Below, piece by piece: positions 9,370-20,100 of a stretch of DNA of 64,000 bases. Position 1 is the stretch's first letter; each line of letters starts with the position of its first letter. Position numbers and translations under genes: made by a program. Source of the stretch: an uncultured Spirochaetota bacterium. Its GTDB lineage: Bacteria; Spirochaetota; Spirochaetia; SZUA-6; Fen-1364. Below the pieces are notes generated by a model. That model had not been told where the DNA came from and ran no database searches. It saw only the letters and a list, made by a program, of their open reading frames with translations. Where the stretch lies: contig CAVUXE010000028.1 in NCBI GenBank assembly GCA_963745235.1, positions 93,171 to 157,170 on the forward strand, read 5' to 3'.

Positions 9370-10608
9370 ATGAAGCGTAGAAGGTCTCTGTTTCTGGTTG
9401 CATTACTGTGCTTTGTGGCAACGGTGAGCATGGCGGACAGTGTGACGCTACGTTGGATCAGTTGGTGGGGAGAGGACACACTCAAGCCTATTGCTCAAGG
9501 GTTTGAAAAGACCCATCCAAACATCAAGATCGAGATCCAATCATATCCGTTTGATGCGTACTTCAACAAAGTGCAGGCGGATATGGCGGCCAAGACGTCG
9601 TCTATTGACATTCTGGCTGTGGATGCACCATCGGTTGCGGAGTATACAGTTCGTCACTATGTCCTCCCGATGGACAAATACTTCACCAAGGTCGAGCTGA
9701 CCTCTTCAATTGCTTCAGCTGTCCTGGATGCCAGCTATTACAAGGGGACGCTCTCGGCATTACCCACTTTCAGCTCAAACCATGTTCTCTATTACAACCC
9801 GGCGATCTTCAAGGCCGCCGGCGTTACGCCTCCCAGCCCTGACAAGCCTTGGACCTGGGAACAAGTCGCCAAGGCGGCACAGCAATTGACGCAGAGAGAG
9901 AATGGGACAACGAAGGTTTGGGGCCTGCTTTTTGAGCAAGTGAATCAACCCTACGAAATCCTGCCCCTGCCCGAGTCTTTGGGCGCGGATCCTCTGGATT
10001 TCACTTCGCAAGGGTGGCTCAAAGCCATGCAGTTCTACTACGACTGCTACAATACCTGGAAGATCTCTGCCAACGTCGCAAACTCCAACATCACTGACCA
10101 GCTTTTTGCCAGTGGCCACGCGGCAATGATGGCGGGCGGCGAGTGGAACGCAGTTGGTTGGGCGAAGGACAAAGTCAGTTTCAGCTATGCGCCGTATCCA
10201 TACTTCGAGGGCGGAAAGGTTGTCGTAGCAACCGATGCTCAACATCTTGGCATCGCAGCCTACAGCAAGCACGTTCCCGAGGCCGTGGAGTTCATCAAAT
10301 ACGCGACTCTTGGAGAGGGGCCGACGGTTGAGTTCGAGGCTGGCGCAAGCGTCCTCTTTCCGGCGAACATCCCGCTTCTGAACAAAATCGAGAAGGACCC
10401 CAAGTACGCAACATTTCCGTGGAGTATCTATCGGCTAGCAAACCGACAGGTCTCCTCCACCGTGCCGCGACCCGTGACCCCCTTCTGGGACGCATATCAG
10501 ACACTCACCTACCAGATGTTCAACAATATCAGCACCGGGACCAGCCCGGAGACCGCTCTCCAGGCAGCCCAGGAACAGTGGAAGCGGGCCACGCAGTCAA
10601 CGTACTGA
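9370..10608 (+). CDS. ABC transporter extracellular solute-binding protein (family 1, carbohydrate)
   Basis: 412 aa with signal peptide MKRRRSLFLVALLCFVATVSMA and RBS GGAGGTGGAG. Two MalF/MalG-type permease genes follow. Confidence 0.9.
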   Translation: MKRRRSLFLVALLCFVATVSMADSVTLRWISWWGEDTLKPIAQGFEKTHPNIKIEIQSYPFDAYFNKVQADMAAKTSSIDILAVDAPSVAEYTVRHYVLPMDKYFTKVELTSSIASAVLDASYYKGTLSALPTFSSNHVLYYNPAIFKAAGVTPPSPDKPWTWEQVAKAAQQLTQRENGTTKVWGLLFEQVNQPYEILPLPESLGADPLDFTSQGWLKAMQFYYDCYNTWKISANVANSNITDQLFASGHAAMMAGGEWNAVGWAKDKVSFSYAPYPYFEGGKVVVATDAQHLGIAAYSKHVPEAVEFIKYATLGEGPTVEFEAGASVLFPANIPLLNKIEKDPKYATFPWSIYRLANRQVSSTVPRPVTPFWDAYQTLTYQMFNNISTGTSPETALQAAQEQWKRATQSTY

Positions 10609-10649
10609 CACAAGTTGGGTCGAGCTGCTGAAGAAAATGCCTATTCCTG

Positions 10650-10674
10650 CCTCGCTGAATCCTTGTCAGCGAGG
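10650..10674 (+). other. stem-loop (9-bp stem, 7-nt loop) after the binding-protein gene, with no U-tract
   Basis: CCTCGCTGA-atccttg-TCAGCGAGG, read directly. It sits in the 208-nt gap between the binding-protein and permease genes. The position fits an mRNA-stabilising or partial-termination element. Confidence 0.45.
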
Positions 10675-10816
10675 GGGGATAGGCCGCAGAGCTCAGTGAG
10701 GTACTGCCGCGCAGGCGAACAGCCTCCGCGTTGGTGAGCACAGGCCGTTCCTCGCCATTCATGTGCTTCCCTGACGTTGCGAGCGGTCTGAGACAGAAGA
10801 CGAGGTCACGCTAAAC

Positions 10817-11713
10817 ATGAGGTTCAGAGTTGCCAGTGGAACTCTTGGCAAAAAGGATCGTTTCGTTCCCTATCTCTTTCTCTTACCCGCAGTCGCTGGC
10901 TTGCTCATATTTGAGGTGTTGCCCTTTTTCATGGCGATTTCGGAAAGCCTCACCCCAGAGAGCCAGCTGACTGGACTCAGGCATTTTGCGGGCCTTGCCG
11001 TCTATCGCGTCCTCCTTACTGATCCAGACTTTATTCGTTCAATACTGGTCACCTTGCTGTGGGCGGTGATCGTTAATCCCGTCCAAGTCACGATTTCTCT
11101 GGTTCTCGCGCTTGCCATATTCAAAAGAGGGATGCGGAGCACCGTTTTCAGGATACTGTATTTCCTCCCGGTCGGAAGCTCGCTCGCCGTGACGTCAATG
11201 ATCTGGGGGGTGATACTCGACCCCAACGGCGGTCTTGCGAATGGCGTGCTTCGGGTCTTTGGCATTCATTCCCAGCCTTTCTTGACTTCGCCGCATGAGG
11301 CCTTGTGGTCCATCGTTCTTCTGGCGAGCTGGACCGGCTGTGGCTACTGGATGGTGTTTTTTCTTGCCGGACTGAATGACATAGATCCTGCGCTCTACGA
11401 AGCGGCAAGCATAGACGGTGCCGGTACGATCGGAAAGGTTTTCTACATAACACTTCCCATGCTCATGCGAATGATCGCCTTTGTCTTCATTTCGGACACG
11501 GTGAGCAACTTCCTGATGTTCGCTCCACTGGAAATCCTGACAAAGGGAGGGCCGAACGGCTCTACGGATTTCCTTGTGTACTATGCATATTCGCATGCCT
11601 TTTCGATGAACCAAATGGCAATTGGGCAGGCAGCGTCGGTAATCTTGCTGCTGATCGTCATGGGGTTTGTAGCAGTGGAGCTACGGCTCATGCGCGCGGA
11701 AAGTGGAGACTGA
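10817..11713 (+). CDS. carbohydrate ABC transporter permease (MalF-like)
   Basis: 298 aa, multi-TM, with EAA loop YEAASIDGAGTIGKVFYITLPM. Confidence 0.9.
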   Translation: MRFRVASGTLGKKDRFVPYLFLLPAVAGLLIFEVLPFFMAISESLTPESQLTGLRHFAGLAVYRVLLTDPDFIRSILVTLLWAVIVNPVQVTISLVLALAIFKRGMRSTVFRILYFLPVGSSLAVTSMIWGVILDPNGGLANGVLRVFGIHSQPFLTSPHEALWSIVLLASWTGCGYWMVFFLAGLNDIDPALYEAASIDGAGTIGKVFYITLPMLMRMIAFVFISDTVSNFLMFAPLEILTKGGPNGSTDFLVYYAYSHAFSMNQMAIGQAASVILLLIVMGFVAVELRLMRAESGD

Positions 11714-11718
11714 CGCAA

Positions 11719-12576
11719 ATGATAGCGAATGGTTTGGCTTCCCAAATGGGCAGGTCGACGCTTGGAGTCGTGCGGACCCTGCTGATGATCATGTACGCAT
11801 TGTTCTCGATCACTCCTCTCCTTTGGATGCTGGTCGGATCGTTCAGTACTGATCAGAGCATTTTTGCCAACTCGACGCCGTTTTCGCTCAGGGCTTTCGT
11901 CCCCTATCCATTCACGTTGGAAGGGTATGCCTTGCTCATTGCCAGCGGCTTCTTTCGCGCGCTGCAGAACACGGTGATTGTCACACTCGGGGCCCTCATC
12001 CTCGGACTATTTGTCAATTCGTTGGCTGGTTTCACTTTTGCGCTGTTCGACTTTCCTGGAAAGGGGCTTCTTTTCGCACTCGTCATGGTGACGATGGCCT
12101 TGCCCCCGGATGTGCTGGCAATTCCTCTCTACACGCTCATTTATGGCATTGGATGGGTTGGCAAACTTCGAGCCTTGATACTGCCGGCCGTTGCCAGCGG
12201 GTTTGTCATATTCCTGTTGCGGCAAGCTGTCCTCGGAATTCCCCGTTCGCTCATTGATGCATCGCGGATAGACGGTCTAGGATGGTTTCAAATCTATTGG
12301 CGGATTGCACTTCCTCTCATACGAGGAAGCTTGATCGGGGGCGGCCTGATCATTACGATCAGCATTTGGCAGTCTTTCCTTTGGCCTTTGCTGGTTGGAA
12401 CAACATCAGCGGCGGAATTGATCCAGGTTTCGCTGGCTTACTTTCAACAGGAGCACACGACGCTCTGGAATGCGATATTTGCTGGAAGCGCCATCGCCGT
12501 GATGGTGCCGACGATACTCCTGGGAGTCATGCAACGCCACTTTCGTCCCAGCCTTCTGACTTCCGGTAATAAGTAG
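11719..12576 (+). CDS. carbohydrate ABC transporter permease (MalG-like)
   Basis: 285 aa, multi-TM, with EAA loop IDASRIDGLGWFQIYWRIALPL. Confidence 0.9.
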   Translation: MIANGLASQMGRSTLGVVRTLLMIMYALFSITPLLWMLVGSFSTDQSIFANSTPFSLRAFVPYPFTLEGYALLIASGFFRALQNTVIVTLGALILGLFVNSLAGFTFALFDFPGKGLLFALVMVTMALPPDVLAIPLYTLIYGIGWVGKLRALILPAVASGFVIFLLRQAVLGIPRSLIDASRIDGLGWFQIYWRIALPLIRGSLIGGGLIITISIWQSFLWPLLVGTTSAAELIQVSLAYFQQEHTTLWNAIFAGSAIAVMVPTILLGVMQRHFRPSLLTSGNK

Positions 12577-12652
12577 GGCGTGTTCACATGCTTTCAACGC
12601 GCGGTCGGTCGGCTGCAAGAGTCCTACGAGAGATCTTCCTGAGGAGGCTGCA

Positions 12653-13318
12653 TTGAAGTCGCTCACTACGCAGGTTGGATATGCGGAAAAGGCCTACAAC
12701 CATCTCCGGGAGCATATTCTCAGCGGGAAACTAAGCCCGGGTTACCCTATTTCTGAGCTGGAATTTTCTGAGGCTCTCAAAATGAGCCGAACTCCTGTCA
12801 GGGAAGCTATTCATCGGCTGATCGCCGAGGGCGTCCTGCTCCGGCTGAGGGGACGCGGCACGTTTGTTCGAAGTCTATCGAGGGATGAAGTCTGCTCGGT
12901 ATACGAATACGCCGAAGGGCTGGAAGGTATGGTTGCATTTCTCGCGGCTCAGAAGTATGACTCCGCGTTTGAAAGAAGAATATTGGAACCGATAGAGGCG
13001 ATGGAAGCCGAGATAGAGAAATCAACTGGCTTGGGCACGAACGAAATTGCCTGGGCTGCCGCTGATCGGTCCTTTCACGACTCGCTGTATGACATCTGCC
13101 CAAATCGCATAATCGTGGAGGGCCTCAGGAGAGTTTATGCCCAGATTCAGCTTGTTCGTCTTGGCGTATCGGGACTCATGCTGGATCGACGGAAATCAAC
13201 TCAGGATCATCGAGATACGGCAACCGCAATTATTGCCGGAGACGCCTATGGTGCACGGGTTACCATGCAACGTCACTGGGAAAGGATTCGCACGGACCTC
13301 ATGAAGCAGATGGTGTAA
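12653..13318 (+). CDS. GntR-family transcriptional regulator (FadR/FCD-type C-terminal domain)
   Basis: Winged HTH ISELEFSEALKMSRTPVREAIHRLIAEGVL followed by an all-helical C-terminal domain. TTG start. Confidence 0.85.
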   Translation: MKSLTTQVGYAEKAYNHLREHILSGKLSPGYPISELEFSEALKMSRTPVREAIHRLIAEGVLLRLRGRGTFVRSLSRDEVCSVYEYAEGLEGMVAFLAAQKYDSAFERRILEPIEAMEAEIEKSTGLGTNEIAWAAADRSFHDSLYDICPNRIIVEGLRRVYAQIQLVRLGVSGLMLDRRKSTQDHRDTATAIIAGDAYGARVTMQRHWERIRTDLMKQMV

Positions 13319-13347
13319 GCGCGAGCCGGCAATGGAGGAGGAGGAGC

Positions 13348-14610
13348 GTGAAGACAAATCTTGACATAAGCGGAGCAGACTTCAGGATCAATGGAAAACT
13401 CATCTACAGCGACGTAGCCGCCTCCCGGCCAGACGCCCATGGGCTTCTCATGAACGCAAGATTCATCCAAGGCGTCTTTGATGACAAGCAGGATTCGAAC
13501 AGATTCGCCCGTTTCGGATGGACATCATGGGACGCGGAGAGACACACTGATGAGCTCATAAGGGCGCTGCCGACGTGGTACAACTACGGATTGAGAGGCT
13601 TCACGGTAGGGTTTCAGGGCGGTATGCCCGTATTCACTGTTGAGAACTCCTCAATAGACAACAATCCTTTCGGTGATGATGGCAGAGTCATATCCAAGGA
13701 CTACCTGGAACGAATGGACCGGTTGATCCGAGCTGCAGACGCCCTTGGCATGGTCGTCATTGTGAGCATCCTGTACCAGGGACAGGCGCCCCGTATGCGC
13801 AGCGGTGCAGTCATACGAAACGCGGTACGCGCGGCATGCCGGTGGCTTCGCGAAAGCGCGTTTACGAATGTAATCATCGAGGTAGCCAACGAGTATAATG
13901 TTGGTGCATTCAACGACCATCGGTTGGTATCTGATCCAGAGGGAATAACTACGTTGATAGAGATCGCCAGGCAGGAATCCGGCGGGATGCCCGTTGGCTC
14001 AAGTGGCGGCGGCCTGGTCTGTTCGCGTGAAGTTGCCGAAGCCAGTGATGTGATCCTGATTCACGGAAACACCGCCCGGCGTCAAGACTATTACAGATTG
14101 GTCACCATGGTCAAATCCTGGGAACTATCGCGCCCCGTTGTCTGCAATGAAGACTCCCCTTGTTATACCCAGCTCGACGTTGCATATCGTACGCACACGT
14201 CATGGGGATACTACAACAATCTTACGAAGCAGGAACCACCGGCGGCCTGGGGGATTGCGAACGCTGAGGATCTCTTCTTTGCGAGGCGAATGGCTCGTGG
14301 AATCGGCATTCCCATTGAGCCCCTCGGCGAGAATGAACAATACGTTCTTGACGGATTGCAGGGACGGTGGGAGTTGAAGGGTCAGCGCTGGGTAAGACTG
14401 ACCGCAGAATCTCCCGAGAAAATCAATCAGGTCGAGTTCTTCCTCAATGGCAACCTCATAGATATCGCTTACGAGGAGCCATTTTACGTGAATTACGAAC
14501 AAACGTGGATTCAGAAGAGCATATCGACACGACCAGGAGACCTATGGCGGGCCGAAATTCATCTTGCCGACGGACGAGTGCTCGTGCGAAGCGCAAAGGT
14601 CGAAGCCTGA
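13348..14610 (+). CDS. putative glycoside hydrolase, clan GH-A-like TIM barrel (family unassigned)
   Basis: 420 aa with no signal peptide. VIIEVANEYN resembles the Asn-Glu acid/base motif of clan GH-A. GTG start follows GGAGGAGGAGGAG. Confidence 0.5.
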   Translation: MKTNLDISGADFRINGKLIYSDVAASRPDAHGLLMNARFIQGVFDDKQDSNRFARFGWTSWDAERHTDELIRALPTWYNYGLRGFTVGFQGGMPVFTVENSSIDNNPFGDDGRVISKDYLERMDRLIRAADALGMVVIVSILYQGQAPRMRSGAVIRNAVRAACRWLRESAFTNVIIEVANEYNVGAFNDHRLVSDPEGITTLIEIARQESGGMPVGSSGGGLVCSREVAEASDVILIHGNTARRQDYYRLVTMVKSWELSRPVVCNEDSPCYTQLDVAYRTHTSWGYYNNLTKQEPPAAWGIANAEDLFFARRMARGIGIPIEPLGENEQYVLDGLQGRWELKGQRWVRLTAESPEKINQVEFFLNGNLIDIAYEEPFYVNYEQTWIQKSISTRPGDLWRAEIHLADGRVLVRSAKVEA

Positions 14611-14646
14611 CCATACAATCTGGTAAGAAGGAGTGGAGACAGCACC

Positions 14647-15618
14647 ATGGCAACAGAACTGAGAAATGCGGTGATCACAAGCTTTCTGAGCAAGACCAAA
14701 GACCGATTCAATGATTATCACAAAGAATTGAGCATCCAAGAGAGACTGGAGCTGGCCGCAAAGATCGAAGGCGTAGATGGCGTGGAGTGCGTATACCCCT
14801 ATGAGGTTGGTGAGGCTAAGTCCTTCAGGTCGATGGTGGTAAAGAACAATCTTGAAATTGCGGCGATTAACGTCAACGTCAAGTCTGAGCCGGAATTTCG
14901 CGATGGCGGACTGACATCGGCGGAGACAAGAGTACGTGAAAAGGCCGTCCGTTTCATAAAAGAGGCCAAGGACTACGCTGTTGCTGTTGAGGCGAACAAG
15001 GTTACTTGCTGTCCCTTGGGGGATGGGTACGAGTTCAGTTTTCATTGCGACTATGGGCAGATGTGGAAGTACCTCGTCGAGGGCTTCCGGGAGGCAGGCA
15101 ACTATCGGCCGGAAATGCCCCTGTTCATAGAGTACAAACCGAGTGAAACTCGTGGGCGATGTTTTGTGGATACCGCAGCGAAAGCGCTCTTGTTGCTCAG
15201 AGATATCGGACTTCCGAACATGGGAGTAACGCTGGATTTTGGCCATTCAATATGGGGAGGAGAAAATCCAGCCGAAGTGGTTTCGATGCTTGCGGAAAGC
15301 AAGTATGATTACTACGTGCACATAAATGACAACGACGCGCGGTGGGATTGGGACTTCATGGCCGGCACAAAGCACTATGTGGAATATGTTGAGTTTCTCT
15401 ACTATCTTCGCAAGTATCACTACAGAGACTTCTTGACTTCAGATACGTCACCGACCCGATTGGACATAGCCGGAACTTTCGCCGCAAACGCGCGCATCAC
15501 ACGCAAGATCTTGCACCGACTCGACGAACTGGACGGGGAGAGACTCCAAAGTCTCATTGAACGACGCGACTATCTCGAGACATGGAAATTCATTGAATCT
15601 GAGATTTACCGGATATAG
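14647..15618 (+). CDS. sugar (phosphate) isomerase/epimerase, xylose-isomerase-like TIM barrel
   Basis: 323 aa. The family resemblance is by eye (…GVECVYPYE…, …LDFGHS…, …HINDND…). Confidence 0.6.
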   Translation: MATELRNAVITSFLSKTKDRFNDYHKELSIQERLELAAKIEGVDGVECVYPYEVGEAKSFRSMVVKNNLEIAAINVNVKSEPEFRDGGLTSAETRVREKAVRFIKEAKDYAVAVEANKVTCCPLGDGYEFSFHCDYGQMWKYLVEGFREAGNYRPEMPLFIEYKPSETRGRCFVDTAAKALLLLRDIGLPNMGVTLDFGHSIWGGENPAEVVSMLAESKYDYYVHINDNDARWDWDFMAGTKHYVEYVEFLYYLRKYHYRDFLTSDTSPTRLDIAGTFAANARITRKILHRLDELDGERLQSLIERRDYLETWKFIESEIYRI

Positions 15619-15629
15619 GGCCACGTGAA

Positions 15630-16169
15630 ATGATCAGTCGTGAAGAAATGGCGCATGCTCGGCAACAAGCGTTTGAGCTTATCCGCGCGTCCAGGTTTCC
15701 CGTCCTGGAATGGGAACGAGAAAAAATAGAGGTGGCAGATTTCGGCCTTGGCCGACTATCGGTAGAGGGAGCGCAAATCCTCACACTCGTCGCAACAGAC
15801 CGCATCGCGGCAAAACTGATCATTCTTTTCCCGCACCAAACGCTGCCTGAACACCGGCACCCACCGGTGGGTACGGATCCAGGCAAGGAGGAGACCATAA
15901 GGGCTTTCTGGGGACAGCTCACCATTTACGTTGAGGGTCCAGATACGGTCAGGCGCGGCAGAATACCGCCCAAGCAAGAGAACGTCTACTCAAGCCGACA
16001 CGAGGTTCCCTTGGCGCCGGGCCAACAGTACTATTTTGAGCCAGGCGGAAAACACTGGTTCCAAGCCGGTGAAGAAGGAGCAGTCCTGCTGAGCTTTTCG
16101 AGTGTGGCTCGCGACGGTCTTGACGAGTTCAGCGATCCAGGGATAACGAGGGCAACGAGAGTCTCGTAG
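15630..16169 (+). CDS. D-lyxose/D-mannose-family sugar isomerase (cupin)
   Basis: 179 aa. Contains the cupin metal motif LPEHRHPP...GKEETI and later HWFQAGEEGAV. Size and motifs are typical of D-lyxose ketol-isomerases. Confidence 0.7.
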   Translation: MISREEMAHARQQAFELIRASRFPVLEWEREKIEVADFGLGRLSVEGAQILTLVATDRIAAKLIILFPHQTLPEHRHPPVGTDPGKEETIRAFWGQLTIYVEGPDTVRRGRIPPKQENVYSSRHEVPLAPGQQYYFEPGGKHWFQAGEEGAVLLSFSSVARDGLDEFSDPGITRATRVS

Positions 16170-16199
16170 AACTGCTGCTTGTCCAGGAGGAGGTGTTGG

Positions 16200-17144
16200 A
16201 TGTTTGCCAATCCCTATCAAGAGGTCTGGAACGGAAATGGAGAGTGGCTCAAAGCCAACTTTCATGTCCATGCGGTGCCTGACGGACGTGAAATAAGACC
16301 CTTTCAGCTTGGGCGCTACACGATAACCTCAAAGCACGTATCCGAAGTAGTCGCGGCTTACAAGGATGCCGGATACGACGTACTCATGATCGCGAATCAA
16401 GGCTTTTTCTTGGATACCCAGGAGTACGCGAAAAAGCACGAAATTCTGATGATCAACGGCATCGAGTGGGTTGAAGAAGACGGAATCCTCTGTATCGGTG
16501 TCAAGGAGTTCATACGGGGTGAACCCCAGAAGGTCATTGACGAGTGCGCGCGGCAGGGCGCCCTGGCTGTCTTGTGTCACCCGAACTGGCTGAGCGAGGA
16601 GGGAATGCCCCCAAAGCTGTCTCTTCGAACTATGAGCGCATTGCGTGGCTATACCGGCATCGAGATCCTGACCGCAGGGATTTTCAACGGATTCAAGGGC
16701 TCCGGTCTCGCAACTGACGTTTGGGACCAGTATCTCAGTGCCGGGAAGCTCGTCTGGGGTTTTGCGAACGACGATTTCCATACCTGGTTTGATATTGACC
16801 GGGGCTGGAACGTCATTTATTCAAGCGGACGTGATTTCCAGAGCGTCAAGAAAGCAATTGAACAAGGCAACCTGTACGCTTCGACCGGTCTGGTCCTTCG
16901 GCAGTTCTCTTTTCAAGGAGGAACTATTGAGGTAGAGGCAAATCTGGAACGCACGCCTGCAGAAACGATATCGTACGAGTTCATTGGTGAAGGCGGGCGC
17001 GTTCTGCACAAGTCCTCGGCTAAAGCCGCAAAGTATCAGCTCAAGGGAAACGAGAAATACGTGAGAGTCCGAGCAGCAAGCGACAATGGGGCGATTTTGT
17101 GGACGCAGCCCGTCTATGACGCCGACGAGCTGAGTCAGACGTAA
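16200..17144 (+). CDS. PHP-like metal-dependent phosphoesterase (tentative)
   Basis: Contains the His-rich motifs NFHVHA, LCHPNW and NDDFH. The start is taken at MFANPYQ, 7 nt after AGGAGGAGG, inside ORF 16179..17144. Confidence 0.45.
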   Translation: MFANPYQEVWNGNGEWLKANFHVHAVPDGREIRPFQLGRYTITSKHVSEVVAAYKDAGYDVLMIANQGFFLDTQEYAKKHEILMINGIEWVEEDGILCIGVKEFIRGEPQKVIDECARQGALAVLCHPNWLSEEGMPPKLSLRTMSALRGYTGIEILTAGIFNGFKGSGLATDVWDQYLSAGKLVWGFANDDFHTWFDIDRGWNVIYSSGRDFQSVKKAIEQGNLYASTGLVLRQFSFQGGTIEVEANLERTPAETISYEFIGEGGRVLHKSSAKAAKYQLKGNEKYVRVRAASDNGAILWTQPVYDADELSQT

Positions 17145-17197
17145 AGAAGCAAAGGACGCCTCGCCAGCGCAAGTTCAACACGCACCGCACGGGCGCG

Positions 17198-20100
17198 TCA
17201 GCTCGTCTCAGAGGTGATCACACGCAAGAAGAGCGCGAGGCTCCTTGCACCAGGCCGCAGCCGGTAGCGTTCGAGTGTGTCTGGCCCGCATGTTGCAGTC
17301 CCAACTCCGCGTTGCGCGATGTCGATGGTGAGGAATACTTCGGGCCTGCGGACCAGCTCGGAGGTGTGTCGGGCTTTCCAGAGCTGTTCCACGCTGTGGT
17401 GTGAGGCACTGAAATCGAACGTCGATGTCGAATCCACCCTGAGCCCAGCTGCCCGAGCGCCACCGCGCGCCGGAGCCACCTCCACCCACCGCACGTCTGT
17501 GCGATTGCCATTCTCCTGCGGCAGGACATATGGCACCTGGAGAGCATCCACGTCTGCCTGGTAGATTCCGACCGCCGCCCCGGCTTTGCGGTCGGAGTAG
17601 CACTCGTGCGGCCCCCGGCCGTACCAGCGCACATGCTCGAGCCCCGGGGCGAGCGCGCACGTCATCCCGACCCTGGGCAGCTCGGGGAGGGAGGCGTCCA
17701 GGTCGAATGAAAACGAACAGTCAGGTCCGGTCGCGGAGAAGCGCCACTTCTGAAGGAGTCGTCCGAGCCTCCTCCCCGTCCTTCCGCTGAGGTCGTGAAC
17801 GATCTCCACGTTGGCCGCGCCGGTCCGCATTTGCGCCAGTGAAAACCGGAGCGCATCGAGTCCTGCATCCAGCCACTCGTACATGACCTTGTCCCTGCAA
17901 TAGAAAGCAAAATCCGGTATCCCTCGCAGGTCCATGAAAAGCTTCAGACCGTCATTTTCGGTAGGGGCGCGCCAGAGATTCGGCACGAGGGGCGCAGCGA
18001 GGAGGTTCCCATCCGGCCCCGCAAGGACGGAAAGGAACCCCTCTGGTGAGATCACGGCCTCCCAGCCCGGCCGCCCCCCCGCAGTTGGAGATCGCACCTC
18101 GTAGCCGCCCGACGCGGAAAGGGCGGAGACGGCCGGCGCAACGCCGGCTGAACGCGGAGGCACATGGCGGCGGGCAGCCGGCGCACCCAACTCGAGCTGC
18201 GCCCAGCCGATCCTGTGGCCCGCCGGCGCCCAGGCGCGCGGCGCGGAGAGCACGAACTCCAGGAAGAGGAAGGATTCTGCTCCGGCCAGCGCCGCACGCG
18301 TCTTCGGCGTCCAGGGTATCTCCAAGTCCATCTCAGCACCGGCCCCGGGCGCCAGGTCGGGCAAAGCCCGAGTGCCGGTGAGAATGGGCTCTCCGTCTGC
18401 CTGGAGTGCCCATCGAAGCTCGATCCCCGTCAGGTCCGAAAAGTCATGCCGGTTACGCAGGAGGATTCGGCCCTTGAACGGATGCTCCGCGGAAGCGGCC
18501 ACGGGCTGAAAGAGCCTCGCGCACTCGGCAAGGACCGGCTTCGCGCTGCGATCAGGAAAGACCAGGCCGTTGCAGATGAAGTCGAGGTCGCTTGGGCTGT
18601 CCCCGAAATCCCCCCCGTACTTCCAGTACTTCCTGCCTGCGGAGTCGAAAGCCTCCAGTCCCTGGTCCACCCAGTCCCAGATGAAGCCGCCCTGCAGCCC
18701 GGGGAGGCGCTCGATCAGCGCCCAGTAGTCCGAGAGGCTGCCGTTGGAGTTGCCCATGGCATGCGAGTACTCGCACATGATGAAGGGACGGTCGTCCGTG
18801 GTCGTGGCGGCCCACTCCTCCAGCAGGTCCAGCGGCGGGTACATGGTGGACACGATGTCCGTGGCACGGCGGCCGCGCTTCACCGACTCAAGGGTAGGCC
18901 GGCCCTGGCCCCACTCCGGACGGGAGCAGCCTTCGTAGTGCAGGGGCCGTGTGGGATCGAAGGTGCGCAGCCATCCGGCCAGGGCGTCGTGGTTGGGGCC
19001 GTAGCCGGACTCGTTCCCCAGGGACCAGATGATGACCGAGGGATGGTTCTTGTCGCGCAGGGCCATCCGCATGCCTCGTTCCAGGAAGGCGGACGCCCAT
19101 CGAGGGTCTCGGCAGAGATGATCGTAGTAGGCGTGGCTCTCGATGTCGGCCTCGTCGATGAGATAGAGACCGTACTCATCGCACAGATCGTACCAGCGCT
19201 CGTCGTTGGGGTAATGGGAGAGCCGCACGGCGTTGAAATTGTGGCGCTTCATGATCTCGATGTCTTTGATCATGTCCGACAGGGCGAGCGTTTTTCCATG
19301 ACGCTCGTCGTGCTCGTGCCGGTTCACTCCCTTGACGAGCACACGCACGCCGTTGATGAGGAGCGCGCGTTCCTTGACTTCCACGCGCCGGAAACCCACG
19401 CGGCAGGCGACGTGCTCGGTCGCAAGGCCCCCGGGAGAGACGAGACTCACCACCAGAGTGTAGAGCGCCGGGTCCTCGTGGCTCCACGGCGCGGGGGCCT
19501 CCAGGGGCAGCGAAATCCGCGCCTCCCAGCGCGAGGTGCGATACGCGGCCGCAACCGCGGTCCTGGCCAACGCCACGGGCGCGCCTGCCGCTGGGCTGAA
19601 GCCGCTTGACCCGAGCCTTTGCGGGCCGTGCAGGGCCGTCACGACAGTCCAGTCCCCGCGCCGCGCCGCTGCGTCCACACCCGGGGGCAGACCGCTCCCC
19701 GCTGCGTAATCTGGGGGTGCCGTGCCCGCAGCCGCGCCATGTGAGGGGTCGAACGTGAAACCCAGCTTCACTGTCACATCAACAGAGCCCCCGGCCGGAC
19801 GCGCGTCCACGTCAGCGATGTACGCGAAGTCCGTGCTGTAGAGATACACGCTGCGATAGATGCCGCCATACCACCACTGGTCCTGGTCCTCGATGAAGCT
19901 GGCGTCCGAGTAGCGGACCACCATGAACGCCAGGAGGTTGGTGCCCGCGCGGACACAGGGGGTCAGGTCGAACTCCGAGGGAAGGCGCGTGTCCTTGGAA
20001 AAGCCCAGCCGCTCTCCGTTGCACCACGTTTCCAGGAAGCTCTCCGCGCCGCCAACGTGGAGCACAGTGCGCCGCCGCTCCCAGTGGGCAGGCAGCGTGA

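Noticed and set aside
17145-17197. The convergent gene junction at the GC-composition step was examined for a bidirectional terminator or an integration scar.
   Set aside because: No stable hairpin, direct repeat or att-like sequence is visible in the 53-nt spacer.
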